This document shows positions 57,880-64,000 of a stretch of DNA of 64,000 bases, one piece after another. The DNA is taken from the NCBI GenBank assembly GCA_965208505.1, contig OZ242339.1, forward strand, positions 2,011,162 through 2,075,161, given 5' to 3'. A model generated the notes under the pieces. It did not search any database and had not been told where the DNA came from. It was given only the letters and a program-made list of their open reading frames with translations. The DNA is from Acidimicrobiales bacterium. GTDB taxonomy: Bacteria; Actinomycetota; Acidimicrobiia; Acidimicrobiales; Bin134. The stretch's first letter is position 1, and each line of letters begins with the position of its first letter. Made by a program: the position numbers and the translations under genes.

Positions 57880-59519
57880 CCATGACCAATCGAACTCCGC
57901 CAGAGCAGGCAGACCTCTTCTGCGAGACTGACAACAACCGGGTCGCTCGAACTCGGAACTCCATGTTGTGGGCCGCATATGGAGATGCGCTCGGATTCAT
58001 CAGCGAGTTGGTGGACGAAAAAGGCCTCAAGCGCAGAACTCAGGGGGCTCCGCTAGACCGGCTCATGGACTGGAGACGAAGGGTTGGGGGCCGGGGAGGC
58101 GTGGACGTAGTGCTACCCGCCGGATGCTGGTCCGACGACACTCAGCTTCGAATGGCGGTAGGCCGCTCGATCGGCAATCACGGCTTCGACGTGGAGACTT
58201 TCGCTCGCATCGAGCTTCCGGTTTGGCCGTCCTACGCGCTCGGCGGTGGGCGGGCGTCCAAGGCTGCGGCCAAGAACCTCGCCGCGTCCGGTGCCCTTTG
58301 GTACGCCAACACTTTCCCCGGGTGGAGTAACGCTGGAGGCAACGGTGCCGCCATGCGGATCCAACCTCATGTATGGGCATCTGCCGACCTCAACGGCGGC
58401 TACCTGCTCGACGTGATCACCGACAGCGTCTGCACCCACGGACATCCCCGGGCCATCGTGGGGGCCTGCTTCCACGCGGCCACCCTGGCCCACTGCCTGC
58501 GAACCGGCACCGCCCCGACCTTGGAGGAGTGCGCGGAACTCGCTGCCAATCTGGGCGATGCCCTCTCGCTGATCAAGGGCCATCAGAGTCTCGGCTCCAT
58601 GTGGGTCGGTCTCTGGGAGCGGGAGAGCGGCAAGCTATTCCAAGAGGCATGGCAGGACACCATTGTCGAACTCTGCGATGCCATCAAACGAACCGCCATT
58701 GCTGCCGATGCCACCTCGCCACAAACCGACGCCTACCGAGCAGTCTCCGACCGTCTTGGCCTCGCCGACAAGCGGCAGCAGGGCAGCGGCATCCTCACCA
58801 CCGTGGCCGCCGCGGCACTCGCCGTGCTCGCGGACAACCCATACGAGGGTTGCGCAGCTGCTGCGAACGCGCTCGGCACCGACACCGACACGATTGCCAC
58901 AATGGCAGGCGCTCTGCTAGGTGCCTGTGATGCAACCGCCCAACCCTCCGAAGAACCTCTCGACAGCAATTACCTGCTGAACGAGGCCGACCGCCTCACC
59001 GCTATCTCCCAAGGTCAGCAAGTGACCAGCCACCCCTACCCGGACACCCTCACCTGGATCGCACCCCAAACCCAAGCCGACGCGCTGGTATCCGAAAATG
59101 GACATCTCGTCGTCGAAGGCCTCGGCCCGGTAAAAGAGCAGGATTCCCCACCGTCCTGGGGGCCTCGTAAAGACTTCGCCTGGCAGTGGGTCCAAACCGA
59201 ATTCGGCCAGACACTCCTCATCAAACGCCGCCCCGAACTCCGCGCTCAAAGCATGTGCAATGCCCCGGAACCTCCTCCTGCACCTTCATCTTCCATCCGT
59301 TCCCACAAGCCGGCCAGGGCCAACAAGCAGACATCCTGCCCGCCAAGTGAGTTGCCGCTGGATCGCGGCCTCGACTTTGACGCCGCGGTAAGACACGCCA
59401 AAGAGCACATCTCCAACGACAACCAACTTGGTTACACCGTCCGACGCGCCGCCCGAGACGGAACCATCAATGACCTAGTCGCTCTCGTCGCCACTCTCCG
59501 CGACGACCTGCGCCGCTGA
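57876..59519 (+). CDS. ADP-ribosylglycohydrolase (ARH/DraG family) with C-terminal extension, putative antitoxin
   Basis: 547-aa ORF with AAYGDALGFISE, WSDDTQLRM and GTDTDTIATMAGALLGA metal-binding blocks, plus about 170 further residues of unknown fold. Confidence 0.85.
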   Translation: MTMTNRTPPEQADLFCETDNNRVARTRNSMLWAAYGDALGFISELVDEKGLKRRTQGAPLDRLMDWRRRVGGRGGVDVVLPAGCWSDDTQLRMAVGRSIGNHGFDVETFARIELPVWPSYALGGGRASKAAAKNLAASGALWYANTFPGWSNAGGNGAAMRIQPHVWASADLNGGYLLDVITDSVCTHGHPRAIVGACFHAATLAHCLRTGTAPTLEECAELAANLGDALSLIKGHQSLGSMWVGLWERESGKLFQEAWQDTIVELCDAIKRTAIAADATSPQTDAYRAVSDRLGLADKRQQGSGILTTVAAAALAVLADNPYEGCAAAANALGTDTDTIATMAGALLGACDATAQPSEEPLDSNYLLNEADRLTAISQGQQVTSHPYPDTLTWIAPQTQADALVSENGHLVVEGLGPVKEQDSPPSWGPRKDFAWQWVQTEFGQTLLIKRRPELRAQSMCNAPEPPPAPSSSIRSHKPARANKQTSCPPSELPLDRGLDFDAAVRHAKEHISNDNQLGYTVRRAARDGTINDLVALVATLRDDLRR

Positions 59520-59570
59520 CCCACTCCCGATTCCTGCTGGCCTGACACTTGCCCTCGGTATGCTGGGGCC

Positions 59571-59867
59571 GTGGACGTGACCGTCACCATTCCTGATGAT
59601 CTCTACGAGCAGGTGGAATCACTCGCCTGCCGCCAAGAACAGCCCCGCTCAGACCTCTACGCCCAAGCTCTGAAGATGCTCGTCCGTGCCCAAGGCGACC
59701 CTGATCAGCTATCAGATGGTCCCAGCAGACCCGAGTGGCTGGACTGGAGCGCCGAAGAGATCACCAGCAACCTCAATGAGTACGCCAGCAAACACGATAC
59801 CCGCCTCGACTCAGCACTAGCAGAGGCTCAAACCAGAATGCTCTCGGAGAACTGCGAGTGGGAGTGA
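59571..59867 (+). CDS. small ribbon-helix-helix (CopG/MetJ-like) protein
   Basis: 98-aa ORF with GTG start. VTVTIPDDLYEQVESLA....RSDLYAQALKML has the RHH pattern. Overlaps the next gene by 10 nt. Confidence 0.45.
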   Translation: MDVTVTIPDDLYEQVESLACRQEQPRSDLYAQALKMLVRAQGDPDQLSDGPSRPEWLDWSAEEITSNLNEYASKHDTRLDSALAEAQTRMLSENCEWE

Positions 59868-61237
59868 GGCGAGGCGATTTGCAATTGCGGGCACCCGAGT
59901 TCGTTGTAGACGCCGATAACCCTTTTGCAAATGACCGGCTGAATCGCCAACACGATATAAAGTCATTCTGCGATGTGATTCAGAACGCTGGAGAACACGG
60001 AGCAATCATCCTGCTTGACGGCCAGTGGGGTTCGGGAAAAACGGCATTCGTCAAGATGGCCACTGCCCATTTGCAAACTCAAGACGCAAGAGTTGCCGAG
60101 TTCAACGCGTGGAAGCAAAGCCATACCGAGATACCACTCGCGGATCTGATTGCAGCTATGTCTACACAGATCGACAAATCCAAAATAAAGGCTGTAAAGA
60201 AAGCGGCGGGAAATGCACTTGTTCACGTCAGCAAGATGGCCAGTCGTGGAATCGTAGATGTAGATGCCATGAAGAATTCCAAGCCTGAGATCATTGATCA
60301 GTGGGAAGGGACCGAAAAAACAATAGGTGAATTCAAGACTCAACTTCAACTTGCAGCGTCATCAGATAACGGTCCTATTGTAGTCATCATTGACGAGTTG
60401 GACAGGTGTCGTCCAGACTATGCACTGAAGGTATTGGAAACTGTCCGGCACCTATTCGATGTTCCTGGTCTGGTTGTCGTGCTTGCCGCCAACTTGGAAG
60501 AACTCTGCCACACCGTTCAATCCATTTACGGGCCGAACTTCACAGCAGACCGTTACTTGCGCCGTTTCGCCGACCAATATGTGCTGCTAACCAAGCCCGA
60601 TGAGCAGCATCTCTCTGAGTTCCTTGAACACACCTTGGAGATAGCCGGACTGCATACTCGCATTTCAGCGGCGAACTCGCCTATGGGCACCGATGCAGAT
60701 GCAGGCAAAGTCCTGCAACTGGCGATTGAAGCTACGGGATGCAGCATTCGCGATCTAGAACAGGCAATTTTTCGAACTGTAACGCCTATCGCTTCTGTAG
60801 AGCCAGGTTTTCGTCCTCGTTCTTCTGCTCCGCAACCGACACTCATAGTAGCTGCACTAACAACTCTGCAAGTCATAGCCCCAGATGCCTATCGAGGCAT
60901 TGTAGATGGAGACGATAATGACGGATTCGCTGCAATTGCTGCAATATGCAGGGTTTTCGGCAAACCATATGAGGATAACATAAACGACTGGCCGTTCACG
61001 CCAAGAGGTCAACTCGAATCAATCTTGATAGCAGGTATGAGCACAGCCTCTAGCGGCAAGGTAGCGGAGATAAGTGAGAACATTTCACGAGACTATCAAA
61101 AAGCCACGCAATGCAGCGACGAGTTGGCCGCCACGATGGGTAGTCGCATTATCGGTATAGACTTGAGAACCTTCAACTGGGTTCGTCGTTTAGTGTGTTT
61201 CCGAGACTATAAGCCATCCACAGGCGAGCAAATATAG
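59858..61237 (+). CDS. KAP family P-loop NTPase (no transmembrane insert evident)
   Basis: 459-aa ORF with Walker A DGQWGSGKT and Walker B/KAP block VVIIDELDRCRPDYALKVLE. Markedly A/T-rich codon usage. Confidence 0.8.
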   Translation: MGVRRGDLQLRAPEFVVDADNPFANDRLNRQHDIKSFCDVIQNAGEHGAIILLDGQWGSGKTAFVKMATAHLQTQDARVAEFNAWKQSHTEIPLADLIAAMSTQIDKSKIKAVKKAAGNALVHVSKMASRGIVDVDAMKNSKPEIIDQWEGTEKTIGEFKTQLQLAASSDNGPIVVIIDELDRCRPDYALKVLETVRHLFDVPGLVVVLAANLEELCHTVQSIYGPNFTADRYLRRFADQYVLLTKPDEQHLSEFLEHTLEIAGLHTRISAANSPMGTDADAGKVLQLAIEATGCSIRDLEQAIFRTVTPIASVEPGFRPRSSAPQPTLIVAALTTLQVIAPDAYRGIVDGDDNDGFAAIAAICRVFGKPYEDNINDWPFTPRGQLESILIAGMSTASSGKVAEISENISRDYQKATQCSDELAATMGSRIIGIDLRTFNWVRRLVCFRDYKPSTGEQI

Positions 61238-61311
61238 GCCAATACAGCCAGCCAGTTTACTTCTGTGCGCACTTGGCCGACAGTGGGAAGCCCTATGGCT
61301 CGTCCCACCCA

Positions 61312-64000
61312 TCAGTGTTTTGGCGGTTTTCTCTGGGCGGGGGTTGTGGTGGGGAGATCGGTGGCGGGGATAAGGGGGGAGGCGAGGATGTCGTCTAGGA
61401 GTTTGGCGGCGGTGGGGGTGACTTGGACGGTGTGGTCGAGGACGGCGAGGAGGCGGAGGAGTTCGTCGGTTTGGGTCCACTGGGTGGGGCGGATGTCGTC
61501 GAGGGGGCTGGACTTGCGGCCCTTGCGGTTCTTCATGCGGTAGCCGAGCCAGGAGCGGAGGACTTTGAGGCCGGAGACTTCGAAGTTCCAGACTTCCAGG
61601 CTGACGGGGCCAAAGACTCCCGTGCCGACGATCAGATGCTGAGTGTCGATGGCGTAGGCGAACTGCTCGGGCATAGCCTCCACGGGGTCGATCTCTTGGG
61701 CGGGGCCAGCAGGGAGATGGGCTTGGCCGGGTGGCGCGAAGCGTTCGCCCCAGGTGTGGTGCCAAAGCAGGTCGCGACCCAAATCCGCTGCTTGCCGGAA
61801 CAGGTCGGCATCGGTGGTGACGGGGAGGTGGATGGGGCCAGCACCTTCAGCAAGCTCGTTGGCGAAGTGTTGGCTGAAGGCAGCAGTGCCGCCAAGGGCG
61901 TAGGCGTAGGCCAGCAAGTCCTCGGGAGTGACCACAATGCCAAGTTGCTGGCTCAGGGCTTCGAGCAGGCCTTCGGTGATGTTGGCTGCTCGGCCGCTGC
62001 TGTCGCGGTAGAGAGGTATGACATCTTTTGCGCCGCGACCGCTGAAGTGGTGAAAGTCAGGTACAAATGGGGTGATTGTGAGCACCGGGCCATATCCAAA
62101 TTTAGTAGACGTCAAAGTTGTGAGAAAGACCTGGTGGGAACCGCGGACACGCCACATGTCTGGCCCGGCTCGATCAATTAGCCGTTGGTCAGCGATCAAC
62201 CACTGCCGGTCGAAGCTCCGGTAGCCGTACTGTTCAAGGCGTTCAAATGGGTCCCCGCGATCCAAATGCAGCGCAGATTGCAACTTCTTCGTCCCGCCAT
62301 GCAGAGGTTTGGGCTCGCTATGGACCTTTTGGCCTGATGGGCTCTCATCAAACAACTCTTGACGCTTGCGTGGCACTGCTGTCAAGAACGCCCGCCATCG
62401 GCTCTCAAGCACCTGCTTCGTTTCCGCGATAGGCCATGTTCGGCCGAGTTTGCAACCGGATCTGATCCACGGGAACAAGTCGGTCACCTGCGGCCAGTCG
62501 TAGTACGCGGCGTCGCTGCGGGGTGTTAGGTCGTCTAGGCCGATGCCAGTGATCTGTTCATTCACATCATCAAGGGACAGACCGTTTAGTCCTGCCAGCT
62601 TTTGCTCCCTGGTGCCTCCGACACGGTGGTAGCGCACGGTGCAATGGCCGGAACGTTCGGTCTGGGTGCGGACACCGACGGCCACGGCGACGGGGGTTTG
62701 GATGTCGAAAACGTTCTCTTCCTTTTGGGCACCGCGGCCTTCGCCACCGAGGTCGATGATCCACAGTTCGTCGAATGCTTGGCGCAACAGGTGGCGGACA
62801 CCGCCCATGGAAATGCCGTCCAAGTAGGACGAGGCGGTGATGAAGGCGACCACGCCGGGACCAGGAGGAAGTTCAATGGCCTGCCAGATGGACCACACCC
62901 AGAAGTAGACGTAGTCGTTGTAGACATTCTTCAGGTGAATGCCCAGACCGGCCGACCTCATGGGCTCGGTTACGGCATCCATCAGAGGGACGGGCTGCGA
63001 TGTTCCCTTGCTTCCCGACCGAGTAGCTGCCCGCCTCTTGGCGGTGTCGGCGTCGAATAACGGCCGGATCCCAGGCACCCCGTAGCGGACCACTCCGCCT
63101 TTACGGCGGCCAGTGGTGCCGGATTCTCGCTCTTCGCGGTCATAGGGCGGGTTGCCAAGTACGACGGTGAACCGTTCATGCTCCTTAAGCTCGGAGGCCC
63201 GTTCGCCTTCCTCAGCCACGGGGTTGCTCATGGTTTGGAGCTGACCTTGGCGGGGGGTGTGGTCGAGGGCGTCGGTGAGCAGCACTTGGGGGTCGCCGTC
63301 GTCCACGCCTTCGCTGTGCAATTCCAGGGCGACCTTGAGGTGGGCGATGGCGTAGGGGCCGAGCATCAGCTCGAAGGCGTGCATCTGGGGCAGGACGTGG
63401 TCGCGCAGGTGCTTTGCCCACTCTTCCCGAGCACCACCCGCTCCCAGGAACGACCGCTTGGCTTGGCGGAGCCAGGCCACCAGGAATGTGCCAGTACCGG
63501 TGGCGGGATCGACCATCGATACGAACGGGCGATCAGGGCCTATGCCATCGGGTAAGTCAAAGCCATTGCGGTCGGCTACCTCCCGCCAGGTGGCGGGATC
63601 GGCAATGCCCATCGGCAAACCGAAGCGGGAGCGCAGCACTTCATCAGTGGCTCGCACGATGAAGTCCACGACCGGCTGGGGCGTGTAAAAGGCGCCAGCG
63701 TCGGCTCGCATCTTGGGGTCGTACTTCTTGAGGAACTCCTCGTAGAAGTGGATGACAGGGTCGCCGCCCTTGGCGGTGGCACCGAACTGGTCGAGGATCG
63801 ACTCTACGTTGGTGTCGCGCAGGTCAGCCACAAGCTGGGTGATCCCGCTGCCGGCCAAGTCGAGGGCGGCGGCCTCGTCGTGGACCTGCTCGAAGAAAGC
63901 GGCCAAGAACGGGTTGGCCAGCGGGAGGGCTGAGAAGATGGGCGACGAGCCGAATCCCTCGGGGTCGGTGATCCGGCTGGTGAGGGCGCCGTAAACCAGG
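61312..64000 (-). CDS. gamma-class N6-adenine DNA methyltransferase with type ISP-like C-terminal domain (5' end outside window)
   Basis: The frame stays open through 64000 upstream of the listed TTG at 63906. Motif I VDPATGTGTFLV, motif IV GNPPYDRE, C-terminal YGYRSFDRQWLI block. Confidence 0.8.
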   Translation of the reverse strand, partial: LVYGALTSRITDPEGFGSSPIFSALPLANPFLAAFFEQVHDEAAALDLAGSGITQLVADLRDTNVESILDQFGATAKGGDPVIHFYEEFLKKYDPKMRADAGAFYTPQPVVDFIVRATDEVLRSRFGLPMGIADPATWREVADRNGFDLPDGIGPDRPFVSMVDPATGTGTFLVAWLRQAKRSFLGAGGAREEWAKHLRDHVLPQMHAFELMLGPYAIAHLKVALELHSEGVDDGDPQVLLTDALDHTPRQGQLQTMSNPVAEEGERASELKEHERFTVVLGNPPYDREERESGTTGRRKGGVVRYGVPGIRPLFDADTAKRRAATRSGSKGTSQPVPLMDAVTEPMRSAGLGIHLKNVYNDYVYFWVWSIWQAIELPPGPGVVAFITASSYLDGISMGGVRHLLRQAFDELWIIDLGGEGRGAQKEENVFDIQTPVAVAVGVRTQTERSGHCTVRYHRVGGTREQKLAGLNGLSLDDVNEQITGIGLDDLTPRSDAAYYDWPQVTDLFPWIRSGCKLGRTWPIAETKQVLESRWRAFLTAVPRKRQELFDESPSGQKVHSEPKPLHGGTKKLQSALHLDRGDPFERLEQYGYRSFDRQWLIADQRLIDRAGPDMWRVRGSHQVFLTTLTSTKFGYGPVLTITPFVPDFHHFSGRGAKDVIPLYRDSSGRAANITEGLLEALSQQLGIVVTPEDLLAYAYALGGTAAFSQHFANELAEGAGPIHLPVTTDADLFRQAADLGRDLLWHHTWGERFAPPGQAHLPAGPAQEIDPVEAMPEQFAYAIDTQHLIVGTGVFGPVSLEVWNFEVSGLKVLRSWLGYRMKNRKGRKSSPLDDIRPTQWTQTDELLRLLAVLDHTVQVTPTAAKLLDDILASPLIPATDLPTTTPAQRKPPKH

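Noticed and set aside
61238-61311. ggccaa ... ttggcc inverted repeat between the convergent KAP and methyltransferase genes as a bidirectional terminator.
   Set aside because: The stem is 6 bp with a loop of about 30 nt, which is not a credible terminator.
61190-61765. 191-aa Pro/Arg-rich minus-strand ORF.
   Set aside because: It is out of frame within the 3' end of the methyltransferase gene and has a low-complexity composition.

Overview
64-kb high-G+C (Actinomycetota-like) chromosomal segment with about 70 supportable genes. I recognised no rRNA, tRNA or CRISPR array. All family calls come from reading the translations and DNA by eye; no database search was run. 1-7.3 kb is a conserved housekeeping block (ahcY, SIS isomerase, trm112, manA, CPBP protease, ftsH). 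7.3-48.6 kb holds acyl-CoA/lipid-type catabolic genes (crotonase, acyl-CoA dehydrogenases, AMP- and ADP-forming CoA ligases, amidohydrolases, SDRs). It also holds a run of co-directional minus-strand catabolic genes (LIV-type ABC importer, GntR, BKACE, Tm-1-like UPF0261, CoxLSM-type molybdenum hydroxylase) with a TCGATAATCG operator-like palindrome at three promoter-proximal sites. This backbone is scarred in several places: a 325-bp ACAD 3' duplication fused to a ligase 5' fragment; an acetoacetyl-CoA synthetase eroded by internal deletions; a Fic gene flanked by two 5'-truncated genes; a 166-bp element with perfect 21-bp terminal inverted repeats; and a toxin-antitoxin islet (VapBC-like, HicAB, HigBA). 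48.6-64 kb is a visibly lower-G+C mosaic of defence-type genes: an orphan protein plus XRE-ImmA/IrrE pair, a DUF222-HNH gene, and a GNAT-PIN-ASCH multidomain gene plus a stand-alone ASCH gene. The best candidate for a new system is a translationally coupled operon at 55763-59519 encoding an SF1 helicase, a DarT-like (DUF4433-like) ADP-ribosyltransferase and an ADP-ribosylglycohydrolase. It is followed by an RHH protein plus a soluble KAP NTPase, and by an N6-adenine DNA methyltransferase cut off by the window edge.
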